Notes: a model not told the origin generated them from the sequence alone. 32,000 nt of DNA from Candidatus Babelota bacterium (GCA_039809905.1 JBDHVY010000001.1:900001-932000); one strand, 5' to 3'; positions 15,916-27,284 are shown, counted from the stretch's first letter. Made by a program: numbers and translations.

Positions 15916-17346
15916 TTAGTGAGAAAGTTTCTTAAGACCTTTATGCTTCCAGTATTCAGAAATAATTGATGTTGAGCCAGTGATAACAATAACACCATGG
16001 CGTTCATCAACAGTTTTTTGGGCAGCTTCAAGCGCTTCTGCAAAGTTTGCAGTTGCTTTAGCTTTTATTTTCAGGCTTTTGATATCATTTGTTACTTTTT
16101 CAATATCCCAAGCTTTATGTCCTTTGTGTCCAGGTACTGGTTCTACTGGGCATACAATAACTTGACCAGATGTTTTTTTGAAGAAATAACGGAGTAATTT
16201 AATGAGTTCATGGATATCTAATTCTTCATTGTTGCAACCAAGAATAATAGTAAGTCCTTTTAATGGACGTTTATAATGAAGAAGGCGTGTTCCAAGAAGC
16301 AAGTTTTTGAATGCATCAAGATTTGCTGCTGGATCAAGTAAAATTGTTGGTTTTTCTTTGTCCAATAACTGGAAGTGTCCTGGCAATGTGTTAAGAGTTT
16401 CTTTCCAGAATTGTTCAATAGTACGTTTTGGATTCAGTTCAGTTTGGCGTTTGATTTCAAGTGTTGGTCTACCGCGTTGACCTTTTTTCTTAGTTAAAAG
16501 ACTATTGGCAACAAGTACAGAATCTTTTTGAGCAAATGAATTGATATAAATAGAAGTAATACGTTCAGCTAATGCGGCACATCTTCCATGAAGTTGTTCA
16601 AATGGATATGCAAGTGGAGCAAGTTTACGAATTGGCATAGCCCATTCAGCATTTTTTTCTACAACAATGTCTTGCATTGTTTGGAGGTTAAGTTTGCTTT
16701 GGTCAGCAGAAACAACAATAGCACCAGGTTTAACAATGCTTAAAATTTCTTGAATCAATGCTTTATCGGTGCTTTTTGCATTTGGAGAAGCTTGAGGATC
16801 AATAATTCTGGTGATCGCAACAATTTTTGATGAACAAATATTTGTTGCGTCAGATGGTCCATTTTCATTTACTTCTAGGATAGCAACATCTACATTGCTT
16901 TGTTTGAAGTAAACAAGCGCCATCATAGTTAATATTTCGAAAGAATTAAGTGTAAGATTAAGATCTTCAGCTATATTGATAACTTCGTTACCAACATCAG
17001 TCAAAACTTTGTTTGAGATAGTTTCATTATTAAGAGAAAAGCGCTCATTGTATGTTAAAATATGTGGCGCATAAAATGTTCCAACAGTAAGTCCTTCTTC
17101 ACGTAATAGACGAGTAGTGAAATGACTTGTTAAGCTTTTGCCATTTGTACCAGCGATTACAATAGTAGGAACTTTTTGTGAAAGTGAACCGAGAGCTTTA
17201 TCGAGTTGTTTGAGAGAAGAAAGCGTTGTGTCAGCGCGATTTGCTGTCCAACTGCTTTCTAAATAGTCTATAATTTCGTTATAACTGCGTTGCTTACCGG
17301 TTCCTTTTGCAGCAGCGGTAGGCTTTTGATTTGTTACATTTTTCAT
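15916..17346 (-). CDS. folC: Folylpolyglutamate synthase / dihydrofolate synthase (Mur-ligase fold)
   Basis: TIVIAGTNGKSLTSHFTTRLLREEGLTVGTFYAPHILTYNERF; VAILEVNENGPSDATN; HGRCAALAERI; TIILGCNNEELDIHELI. Confidence 0.85.
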   Translation of the reverse strand: MKNVTNQKPTAAAKGTGKQRSYNEIIDYLESSWTANRADTTLSSLKQLDKALGSLSQKVPTIVIAGTNGKSLTSHFTTRLLREEGLTVGTFYAPHILTYNERFSLNNETISNKVLTDVGNEVINIAEDLNLTLNSFEILTMMALVYFKQSNVDVAILEVNENGPSDATNICSSKIVAITRIIDPQASPNAKSTDKALIQEILSIVKPGAIVVSADQSKLNLQTMQDIVVEKNAEWAMPIRKLAPLAYPFEQLHGRCAALAERITSIYINSFAQKDSVLVANSLLTKKKGQRGRPTLEIKRQTELNPKRTIEQFWKETLNTLPGHFQLLDKEKPTILLDPAANLDAFKNLLLGTRLLHYKRPLKGLTIILGCNNEELDIHELIKLLRYFFKKTSGQVIVCPVEPVPGHKGHKAWDIEKVTNDIKSLKIKAKATANFAEALEAAQKTVDERHGVIVITGSTSIISEYWKHKGLKKLSH

Positions 17347-17568
17347 CGATTTCTCCAGGTCTCTAATGATTTTTATGATTTCTTTGATATTCTTTAATTT
17401 GTAAGAGATTATATACCATTATTGGTTATTTTTACCAAATTTAGTAAAAATTAGTCAGTTAGGCAAAAATCTTACCTGTTTACTTAGGATATAGCATCCT
17501 GCAAAAATGTCAAACAAGAAATTATAATTGAGTCATTGTCTCATTATTTACAAAAGAAAAAGGCATAT

Positions 17569-18189
17569 ATGAAACTCTTGTCATGGAATGATTCTGAATC
17601 ACTTGAGTTCCTGGTTGATACATTAAAAAAAGGCAATATTGTTCTTGCCGCTGGTGATACTGTATTAGGCCTTCTGGCCGATATATCAGAAGGAGGATGT
17701 GCGCAGCTTGATGCAATTAAAAAGCGATCAAAACAGCCTTATTTATTATTGGTTGAAAATACGCAAAAAGCCCTTAATCTAATTGAAAAAGATGCCCTCG
17801 AAATATTTCAAGCTGAAAAAATAATGAATATTTGTTGGCCGGGTCCAGCTACCTTAATTTTAAAAGCGAAGGCAGAAGTTCCTGAGGGGGTAAAGTCTCC
17901 TGACGGTACTATTGCCATCCGAGTGCCAGATCATGCTGGATTGCTTCAACTGCTGCATCATTTTGATGCCTTATATTCAACAAGCGCGAACCTTAAGGGT
18001 GAACCTGTTCCTGCTCATCTGGAAAAAATAGATAAAAGCATTCTGGAAGCTGTTTCTGCTATTGTTTTGAATGATAATGAATCCTCATCAACGCTTGCTT
18101 CCACCATTATTGACTGCACGGGAGATAAGCTCAAGATTGTTCGGCAAGGAGCTTTTCCGGTTGCAAAATTGGTGAGCTTGTTGGAATAA
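17569..18189 (+). CDS. tsaC: Sua5/YciO/YrdC/YwlC family, threonylcarbamoyladenylate synthase
   Basis: LKKGNIVLAAGDTVLGLLAD, KRSKQPYLLLVEN, ICWPGPATLILKA, GTIAIRVPDHAGLLQLL and YSTSANLKGEP. The ATG at 17569 fits better than the longer ORF start at 17536. Confidence 0.88.
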   Translation: MKLLSWNDSESLEFLVDTLKKGNIVLAAGDTVLGLLADISEGGCAQLDAIKKRSKQPYLLLVENTQKALNLIEKDALEIFQAEKIMNICWPGPATLILKAKAEVPEGVKSPDGTIAIRVPDHAGLLQLLHHFDALYSTSANLKGEPVPAHLEKIDKSILEAVSAIVLNDNESSSTLASTIIDCTGDKLKIVRQGAFPVAKLVSLLE

Positions 18190-20065
18190 AATCTTGTTTG
18201 ATTAGCTTAAAATTGTTGATGAGGAATTTATGTTCTTTTTTAAACGATGCAAGAGCTCTTCCATCAGGCAAGTTGGGATGAAATAGAGTTCTTTTTTTAT
18301 TTTTTCTATAACAACAATACGTGTTAAATAATAGTGCTTGAGATAGCGTTAGTGATGTTTTGATGTCATTGAGACAAGCAGTAGCTTCTTTTGTGTGTGG
18401 GTATGCCAGAAATAATCTTACTTCAAATTTGTTTTGGCATGGATTTACTTGAGTTTGCTTAGTTACTAAGATTGATTCAAAACAAGGATGAAGAGCATAT
18501 TGTTGATTTCGACCTAGATTGAGAATTTTATCGCCTTCCATGTCCCAGAGTTCTGTTTTTTTTCCATGAGTTAAGAGTAATCCATCATAAGTGAAATGCA
18601 TATGTTGAACTATGTATTCAGTATCGATTTTTATTTTAGTAAGACGATCAGGAAAACCAGATATGTTCCAAAATGCTAAAGTTGATAAGGCAAAATGAGA
18701 AGAGAGTGAACCGTGCAAAGATACTATATGATTGCCTGTTGTATCTGCAATGATATTATGAATGCAGGGACCAATTTGACTGGTGTCTAATAGTGTTTTC
18801 TTGTTGTTTTCGTCCATAATGCATAGAGTTGTTGCATTTTTGTTGTAACAATAGATTCCTTTTTGAGAAATAAAAATATCTTTAAGGCCAGAATAAGTAT
18901 CTTCTGAAGATATACATTTTTTTTCAATAAGCTTATCATCTTGAATAGTGAAAAATAATTTTTTTTCTCTTTCCATAAGTATTGTCAGGAGATTCGAATT
19001 TTTATTAATGTTGGCAAGTTTTGCATGATATAGATTATCAAATTTTTTGTGATCTTTTATATTATTGGGTTTTTCCAGGTCGTATAAAATCAAGCGGTCG
19101 TCTTTTGTTGTACAGATTATATGGTTGCCATGAGAAGAAAAAAGATATGAACTTACATTATTCCAATCGTTTTTTAAAGAGGTTTTCTGAATTTTTTTTT
19201 CGTCTTTTATATAATGAAAAAGACTGTATTTACTATCGTTTTCAACAACTTTTGATTGTATAATATAGTTTTCATTGGGGTGAATTGTTGCAGTGTACCA
19301 TGAATAATTTTGATGATTATCGACCAATTCAATTGAGTTGTTTTCGCTCATGAAATACAAAAGAATATCAGTCTTTGCTGTCTTTCCGTATTTGTAGGTA
19401 TAGAGAATAATATAGCTATCTTGCGGACTAAAAAAAGCATGTGAGTAACCAGGGAAACTTTTAATACAGCGTTGTTCTTTTGTTGTCCATAAATTAATTT
19501 GACATGTTTTTTCGTTCATATTTTCCAAAAAATAATCGCCATTATGGCTATAGGAAAGAATTATAGGCTTTTTTGAAGAATGATATTTTAATTTTTTTAT
19601 ACGTATTTTTTCAAAAAAATATTTGTATATTGTTTTTTTGAGTAACCTCGTATTAATGGATTTAAGGGCAAGAGCATTGATTATGCTTTTTTCTGTCAAA
19701 ATTTCTTCCATGAGTTGTGCATAAAAAATAGGACATTTCAATTGTGCTGCAGCATCCATTAGTTTTGATTGTTCATTTCTGCCTAATGTTATTAAGAAAT
19801 TTTGATGAGACATTATTATATGAGAGCACCAAAAATCAAAAATTTCTTTATCTATTTTAAGGGGGATTGGATCTTTTTTTGTTGCTTTATATTTTTCTTG
19901 CAGCACAGTTAACAAATTTGATTGTTGTGCTATTGCATTATCAACACATATCAAATGCTTATCTTCAGTAATGACCCAAAGATAAGGTGTTTTTTGTAAG
20001 ATATTCATTGCCTTAAGGTGAGATAATATATTGATTAATAGAGCAAAAAGTAGTAAATAATTCAT
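18131..20065 (-). CDS. WD40/beta-propeller-like protein with N-terminal region resembling Skp1/BTB-POZ
   Basis: N-terminal LICVDNAIAQQSNLLTVLQEKYKATKKDPIPLKIDKEIFDFWC...KLMDAAAQLKCPIFYAQLMEEIL, then propeller-like segments such as YLFSSHGNHIICTTKDDRLILYDL. Paralogous to the two ORFs at 21958 and 23305. Confidence 0.65.
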   Translation of the reverse strand: MNYLLLFALLINILSHLKAMNILQKTPYLWVITEDKHLICVDNAIAQQSNLLTVLQEKYKATKKDPIPLKIDKEIFDFWCSHIIMSHQNFLITLGRNEQSKLMDAAAQLKCPIFYAQLMEEILTEKSIINALALKSINTRLLKKTIYKYFFEKIRIKKLKYHSSKKPIILSYSHNGDYFLENMNEKTCQINLWTTKEQRCIKSFPGYSHAFFSPQDSYIILYTYKYGKTAKTDILLYFMSENNSIELVDNHQNYSWYTATIHPNENYIIQSKVVENDSKYSLFHYIKDEKKIQKTSLKNDWNNVSSYLFSSHGNHIICTTKDDRLILYDLEKPNNIKDHKKFDNLYHAKLANINKNSNLLTILMEREKKLFFTIQDDKLIEKKCISSEDTYSGLKDIFISQKGIYCYNKNATTLCIMDENNKKTLLDTSQIGPCIHNIIADTTGNHIVSLHGSLSSHFALSTLAFWNISGFPDRLTKIKIDTEYIVQHMHFTYDGLLLTHGKKTELWDMEGDKILNLGRNQQYALHPCFESILVTKQTQVNPCQNKFEVRLFLAYPHTKEATACLNDIKTSLTLSQALLFNTYCCYRKNKKRTLFHPNLPDGRALASFKKEHKFLINNFKLIKQDFIPTSSPILQPEKLLAEQS

Positions 20066-20259
20066 GTTTTTTTATACGAGTGGTAGAGATTTATTGTTAG
20101 TTTATTGATCTGCAAAATATAGCATATGCAGATCAAAAGTATAGCTCTATTCTTTTTGCACAACAAAAATGAACATTTTTTTATAGTTATGATTGCTCAG
20201 AGCAAAAACAACATGATATTGTCTGATTAACTTTATTTTTATACAAAGGAGTTCTGTTA

Positions 20260-21033
20260 ATGAAACGAGTGATATCATTGTTGTTGCTTACCAATATTGC
20301 TTATGGAGACTATCCAGAAATTAGTGCACAAAGATTACCTGATAACAACTCTTCTCTAAAAGAATACCAAAGTGGATCGTATTGTTTTCCACGTTTTGAT
20401 TGTCCGCGTGGTAAACGAGGTAAGCATGGAAAACGAGGCAAGACTGGAGCTACCGGTGCTACTGGTGCGACTGGTCCTATTGCGCCATTTAATTTAAGAG
20501 ATGAATTATTCATTAATGCTTTAATGATGACGAATACGATTGCAGGAACACCGGATACATTTTTTACCGATGTTTATGGAACACCAACAATTCTTTCAGC
20601 ATGGGGATTAACAAGTCCTTTTGATGTAAACAATCCTATCGGTACGCAGTTTGTTATTCCGAGTACACTTGATACAACACAGCCAGTTGTGCTTGTTATT
20701 CATTGTTTCAATGTGAGATTAGAAGCTTTTGGTGAAGTGAGATTCCAAGTTCAGATTGATTACAAAGGAGATGGCCAAGAATTCGGCGCCAATCCTCCAG
20801 CAAACGGATATTCTGAAACATTATTCACGGGAAATATTCCGGTTATTGATCCAGTAAACCCGCCGAATGCCAGGTATTTTATGGTAACAGTTCCTTTAAA
20901 TGGTGCTTTAATGGCAGGAAAAACATGGTCTGAACTTGTGCTTTCTCGTGTTGCCACAACAGATGATAATGATTATCAAGGACCTGTTTTCCTTACTGCT
21001 TTTTCTATTCAATATACAAAAACAATGAGTTGA
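20260..21033 (+). CDS. Secreted collagen-like protein with short basic GXY tract and C-terminal jelly-roll-like domain
   Basis: Signal peptide MKRVISLLLLTNIAYG, then [27 protein letters not shown]-like aaaggag upstream. Confidence 0.78.
   Translation: MKRVISLLLLTNIAYGDYPEISAQRLPDNNSSLKEYQSGSYCFPRFDCPRGKRGKHGKRGKTGATGATGATGPIAPFNLRDELFINALMMTNTIAGTPDTFFTDVYGTPTILSAWGLTSPFDVNNPIGTQFVIPSTLDTTQPVVLVIHCFNVRLEAFGEVRFQVQIDYKGDGQEFGANPPANGYSETLFTGNIPVIDPVNPPNARYFMVTVPLNGALMAGKTWSELVLSRVATTDDNDYQGPVFLTAFSIQYTKTMS
20410..20481 (+). repeat. Collagen-like (GXY)8 coding tract
   Basis: Gly every third codon from 20410 to 20481. Confidence 0.9.
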
Positions 21034-21066
21034 TATTTTATATACAACGTAACCATAGGAATATTA

Positions 21067-21471
21067 ATGAAACGCATATTAATAATACTTGTTCTCTTGC
21101 TTTCCTATAAAAATTGTCTCCTAGGTCTTGAATTTGGAACAACAGGAACGCTTACGGGAGAAATTGCGAGTCTGGGATCGGGAATATATTCAAAATTTCC
21201 TCTTACATTTTATGAAGATAGACAAGATTATGTTAATGGTGGATTAACCTTTACCTACAATAGTCTTTGGTCTACCATTCCACGTGTATGGCTTACGGTG
21301 GAACTTGTTAATGCTCCATCGCCAACAGATACGTATAGTGTTGTAGTGAGTTCTAATTCTTCTTCCAGTACAACAGTTTTAGTGTATAGAATTTCAAATG
21401 GAGGAACAGTTACTGAGGCTTCATCTGGAGAAGTAAAAGTGACTATATTAGCTATTGAAAATATTTATTAA
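21067..21471 (+). CDS. Small secreted beta-rich hypothetical protein
   Basis: Signal peptide MKRILIILVLLLSYKNCLLG followed by an S/T/V-rich beta-type sequence, in a same-strand cluster with the collagen-like gene and the pilin. Confidence 0.65.
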   Translation: MKRILIILVLLLSYKNCLLGLEFGTTGTLTGEIASLGSGIYSKFPLTFYEDRQDYVNGGLTFTYNSLWSTIPRVWLTVELVNAPSPTDTYSVVVSSNSSSSTTVLVYRISNGGTVTEASSGEVKVTILAIENIY

Positions 21472-21500
21472 TCAATACATATTTCACGAACTGGTAAGCT

Positions 21501-21923
21501 ATGAAATATAAGGGTTTTAGTTTAATTGAATTAATGGTGGTAGTTGCAATAATGGCGTTCTTAGCCATGATAGCAGTTCCTAATTTTAATCGTTTTTTGG
21601 CTAAAGCAAAACGAGCAGAAGCATATATGAATTTAAATTCTATGTACGCAGCAGAAAAAGCTCATTTTGCAGAGCATGATACATATTCAGATGTGCTTAT
21701 GGGTGAAAATGGAATTGGATGGAAACCAGAAGGCAAAACACATTATTCCTATGGTTTTTCCGGGTCAGAAGGCCGCAATAATTTTATCGGAAAATCGGGA
21801 GCTGGGATACAAGGTTCTCGTGCAGACAAAACAGGATTTATCGCTGTTGCTGCATCCGAAAAAGATATTATTACGATTGATGAAAATAATAATATTATTA
21901 TTGTTCAAGATGGTTTGAAGTAA
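21501..21923 (+). CDS. Type IV pilin / pseudopilin
   Basis: MKYKGFSLIELMVVVAIMAFLAMIAVPNFNRF, the class III prepilin cleavage signal G^FSLIE plus hydrophobic helix. Confidence 0.93.
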   Translation: MKYKGFSLIELMVVVAIMAFLAMIAVPNFNRFLAKAKRAEAYMNLNSMYAAEKAHFAEHDTYSDVLMGENGIGWKPEGKTHYSYGFSGSEGRNNFIGKSGAGIQGSRADKTGFIAVAASEKDIITIDENNNIIIVQDGLK

Positions 21924-21955
21924 AAAAGAGAGGAGATTTAAATCTCCTCTCTTTT
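21924..21955. terminator. Bidirectional terminator, perfect 32-nt palindrome
   Basis: aaaagagaggagattt / aaatctcctctctttt, lying 3' of the pilin CDS and 3' of the convergent CDS. Confidence 0.88.
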
Positions 21956-21957
21956 GA

Positions 21958-23280
21958 TTATTTTTCCGATCTAAAAATATGTTCTGATATGGTAGTTTCT
22001 GCTGCAACTTCATGAGAATTGTTTTCATCAGTCCATACTACAAAAGGTGTATGATATATCTTGAGGATTGAATTGCCTATTATTTCACTGCTTTGACTTT
22101 CTCCTAAACAAGATAATTTTTTTTTGTTGTTATTATAAAATTTTGTTTTTGTTCCCTGTATAAGAACTATTTTATTGCTTAATTTTAGAGAGGCGACTGT
22201 CATATTTGGAAATATTTCTGTTCCTACTATGTTTCTATTAAGGTGTGATAAATTGAACAGTATTATTTTTGATTGATCTATTGAATCAGGATTGTTATAA
22301 AGAACTGCCAGATAAGATCCGGTTTCATTTGTAGTAAACGCATCAATCATGCCTTGATAATCAAAGCTGTTTTTCAATGTATAAGATCCAATTAATCTTT
22401 GATTTTTTGAATAAATATCAAAAGAAAGTTTATCTGTTTGGTAAACATACATTTCTTTTTGAGGAATAAATAAAAATTTAGTTGTACCTCTATCCTCGAG
22501 TGGCCATGGCATGCTTTTAGTCTCTACGAGAGCATTATCACCTACTTTCACAAATAAGGCATTTGTAGCATTCTGCAATGATGCGATAGGGCCACTAACA
22601 GTTATGATAGAATAATATTCCGGTAGCAAAAAAGCCATCCGTTTTTTATTTTTATCTATAGGATGCTTTACAAATAATTTATTGGTAGTATAGAGTATGT
22701 TTTCACTATCAGAAGAAAAAAACCATTGCCCTGTTGTGGGTTCAATAGTCTCAAATTGAGTTTTACTGAGTGTATTTAAGGTAACATTATATTGCAAAAG
22801 AATATTGTGTATCGTGTTGTTATCGTCTTTTACAAAAGACTGTATCATATGTCTTTCGTTGTTAGCGATTTGCAAACCACATAATAATATACCTTGCTGA
22901 TCATTACTAATCAAAGGAATTGATTTATCCTCTTTAAGGGAGTATAGCAAAGGAACTCTTTTGATGGAGTCGTTAGCAGTTTTATGAGTAAGAATAATAA
23001 AGTTATCTCGAGGACTAAATTGGCCGTGGTTATAGCCGGTAAAAGTTTGAACAATTTTTCTTTGATCAGTATTCCATACATGAATTTGGGATTCGTTGCT
23101 TTGATGTGAAACGTTTTCTAAAAAATATTTTCTATTATTGCTTGCTTTAATCAGCGCTATTTGTTCACGATTAGACCGAGTCTCTTTGATGATGTGAGTG
23201 CCAATTTTTACAGGGTTTTGTGAAGCAAAGACATCAAAAAATGAACAAAACACAATGATTGGTAGTAAAATGCGGTTCAT
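21958..23280 (-). CDS. Secreted WD40/beta-propeller-like protein, paralog of 18131-20065 and 23305-24768
   Basis: Signal peptide MNRILLPIIVFCSFFDVFA. Shared motif RKYFLENVSHQSNESQIHVWNTDQRKIVQTFTGYNHGQFSPRDNFIILTHK. Confidence 0.65.
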   Translation of the reverse strand: MNRILLPIIVFCSFFDVFASQNPVKIGTHIIKETRSNREQIALIKASNNRKYFLENVSHQSNESQIHVWNTDQRKIVQTFTGYNHGQFSPRDNFIILTHKTANDSIKRVPLLYSLKEDKSIPLISNDQQGILLCGLQIANNERHMIQSFVKDDNNTIHNILLQYNVTLNTLSKTQFETIEPTTGQWFFSSDSENILYTTNKLFVKHPIDKNKKRMAFLLPEYYSIITVSGPIASLQNATNALFVKVGDNALVETKSMPWPLEDRGTTKFLFIPQKEMYVYQTDKLSFDIYSKNQRLIGSYTLKNSFDYQGMIDAFTTNETGSYLAVLYNNPDSIDQSKIILFNLSHLNRNIVGTEIFPNMTVASLKLSNKIVLIQGTKTKFYNNNKKKLSCLGESQSSEIIGNSILKIYHTPFVVWTDENNSHEVAAETTISEHIFRSEK

Positions 23281-23304
23281 AATAATTTCCTATAATATTA
23301 AATT

Positions 23305-24768
23305 CTAGCTCGCTATTGTTTTTAAATTTTTAGACAATTCAAGAAGAGCTTTTTCATCAATAGTTGATAATATGATTTTTGTTTTTGTAGGAATTTCTCC
23401 ATAGCCACCTAATGCATGGTTGTATCCAAAAAAAGGCGTTTGATTTATGTGTAAGATTGAAGGTGAATTTGAATCTGCTATTGCACTTTGGCATTCGCCC
23501 AAATCAGTAATTTTATTGCCTTGTGTATCAAAAATATATGATTTTCTTCCTTGAATAAGAAGAAAATCATTGTTGATGAACTGTATAGTATTTATCTTTT
23601 GATTAAAATCTTTACGTATCGCAGTCATCTTTGTATTAATCGATGATAAATCAAAAAATATGATACTTGATCGAGTTCGTGCTTCAGAGTAATCATAATG
23701 AGCAATAAGACCACTAGATTTTTGGTTTGTAATCAAATTTTTAAGTATTGCACCAATTGCAGGAATTTTATCATTTTTTAATGTATATGATCCTATTTTA
23801 TTATAACGATTATCCAGCATACTAAATGAATCATTCGTATATTGGTGAGCAATGATTTGTTTCCAATGTATTGGCAAAATGTTGATTTTACTTGAATCAT
23901 ATATATCCGTTATTATAGTTCTTAAGGGAACTATGTCATAAGGACTTGTCATTTCCAATAGCTCAATTTCCTTATTGGATTGTAACGTTATAAGAGATTT
24001 ATTGACGTACATGTTTGTATATTTTTTGGTAAGAGGATGGCTTAGTAGAATATTGTAAGGAAGCTTTTGTTTTATTAATGATTTACCATCTTTTGATATG
24101 TAAAGAATATGTTGATCGGCACCGAGGTCTTTTGAACCAGAACAAAAAGCCCAAACATCACTCATATTATTACTTCCTTGCGGTATCTCATGGAGAGTAT
24201 CAAGATGATGACTATAATCTAAAACGAGGGTAGTATTTTCATAATTTTCTTTGACAAAACTATATGCAATGAATTGACCATTTGAACTGGTTCCAAGTTT
24301 CATATTCGCTTTTATCAGAGTATCATTACATAAAGGTATTTCTCGGTTATGCGTGAGAGAATATAAAAATGCAGGAAGATAATCACGGTCAAGACGTGTT
24401 TTTGTGTAAAAAATCACATAGCTATTACGTGGATCGAATTGCCAGTGATTTGCATAGAATTGAAATGTCTTAATAATTTTCTTATCTGGTGAATGCCATA
24501 CATTAATTTGTGACTGATTAAGAGTTGTTGAAACATTCTCTATAAAATATTTTCCATTGGGACTGTATAATGCCTGTACACCAAAAGTTGTATTATCACT
24601 AGTTTTTTTAATCTGTTCTTGCGTGATACATCCTTGCAATAACTTTTTAAGACATATTTTTTGTAAATCCCTAGCGGGTTTTTGGCAAGAATTTTGAGCT
24701 GGTTCATCCATAGAAAATGTAACGAAAGATATACTCAACGCAAGAGCGCTGAGGAAAAGATATTTCAT
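23305..24768 (-). CDS. Secreted WD40/beta-propeller-like protein, paralog of the adjacent ORF
   Basis: Signal peptide MKYLFLSALALSISFVTFS. Shared motif GKYFIENVSTTLNQSQINVWHSPDKKIIKTFQFYANHWQFDPRNSYVIFYTK. Confidence 0.65.
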   Translation of the reverse strand: MKYLFLSALALSISFVTFSMDEPAQNSCQKPARDLQKICLKKLLQGCITQEQIKKTSDNTTFGVQALYSPNGKYFIENVSTTLNQSQINVWHSPDKKIIKTFQFYANHWQFDPRNSYVIFYTKTRLDRDYLPAFLYSLTHNREIPLCNDTLIKANMKLGTSSNGQFIAYSFVKENYENTTLVLDYSHHLDTLHEIPQGSNNMSDVWAFCSGSKDLGADQHILYISKDGKSLIKQKLPYNILLSHPLTKKYTNMYVNKSLITLQSNKEIELLEMTSPYDIVPLRTIITDIYDSSKINILPIHWKQIIAHQYTNDSFSMLDNRYNKIGSYTLKNDKIPAIGAILKNLITNQKSSGLIAHYDYSEARTRSSIIFFDLSSINTKMTAIRKDFNQKINTIQFINNDFLLIQGRKSYIFDTQGNKITDLGECQSAIADSNSPSILHINQTPFFGYNHALGGYGEIPTKTKIILSTIDEKALLELSKNLKTIAS

Positions 24769-24845
24769 GAAGCTTTCCTTTTTATTGAATAGATTTTAGG
24801 CGGTGGAAATTATAGCATTTTGAATGAAAAAGAAAAGAAATAATT

Positions 24846-24882
24846 AAAAAGAGAAGCACTGCAAGCAGCGCTTCTCTTTTTT
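24846..24882 (-). terminator. Rho-independent terminator for the collagen-like gene
   Basis: aaaaagagaagc ... gcttctctttttt stem flanked by A and T tracts, just 3' of the minus-strand CDS ending at 24914. Confidence 0.75.
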
Positions 24883-24913
24883 AATCGCAAGATAAGCAAT
24901 GTGGAATTAAATC

Positions 24914-26455
<1,542 letters not shown>

Positions 26456-26497
26456 TTACTGCTGTTTTATGCAAGAAAAAGTTGTGATAATGCATCT

Positions 26498-27283
26498 TTA
26501 ATGCATAAGTAAATAATGAAATACATGATTTTGAATAAAAATAAAGATGAGTGCACCAAGTGCAAGAAATGGTCCAAACGGGATTTTAGTATTTTGTATA
26601 TCATGATGGAAAGATCTATTTTTCTGCGCAAAAAGAATAGTTAGTATGCCATATAGTGAACCAATGATGGAACCTATTGTAATACTTATCCAGCAACCAA
26701 TGAATCCGGTAAATGATCCAATAAATACAAGGAGATCAAAATCACCTTCACCAATGCCATCAATGTTGCGCAAATATTTAAAAACAGTACTGATAATGCG
26801 TAAAAAAAGATACCCGAATAATGCGCCACAGATACTTTCTTGAATAGATAATGGTAAAAAACCGTAAATACTCAATACCATGCCAACAGGAACAAGGGAA
26901 ATTGTTGCATGACGTAAAATGAGCATTGTTTCTATATCAGATCTTATTGTTACAATTAATGCTGAACAAAATATAAAGTAGCCAAAAAAATAATGAAGCG
27001 GAATGTAAAGATATACTAATGAAAGAATAACTGCAGTCAACATTTCAATAAAAGGATATAAAAAAGAAATAGGTTTTTTGCACGTTCGGCATTTGCCATA
27101 TAATAACAACCAAGAAATAACAGGAATGTTATCGTACCATGCAATAGACGTATGACATTTTGGGCATGATGACGGAGGCATTACGATTGATTCCCCTCGT
27201 ATGAGACGATATGCCAAAACATTTAAAAATGAACCCCAGCAGAGAAAGAATGGAATTAAAAAGTAGTACGGAATATCATACAA
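26498..27283 (-). CDS. pilD: Type IV prepilin peptidase / leader peptidase
   Basis: CPKCHTSIAWYDNIPVISWLLLYGKCRTCKKPIS (CxxC...CxxC) and GIGEGDFDLLVFIGSFTG plus IPFGPFLALGAL. Confidence 0.93.
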   Translation of the reverse strand: MYDIPYYFLIPFFLCWGSFLNVLAYRLIRGESIVMPPSSCPKCHTSIAWYDNIPVISWLLLYGKCRTCKKPISFLYPFIEMLTAVILSLVYLYIPLHYFFGYFIFCSALIVTIRSDIETMLILRHATISLVPVGMVLSIYGFLPLSIQESICGALFGYLFLRIISTVFKYLRNIDGIGEGDFDLLVFIGSFTGFIGCWISITIGSIIGSLYGILTILFAQKNRSFHHDIQNTKIPFGPFLALGALIFIFIQNHVFHYLLMH

Positions 27284-27284
27284 C

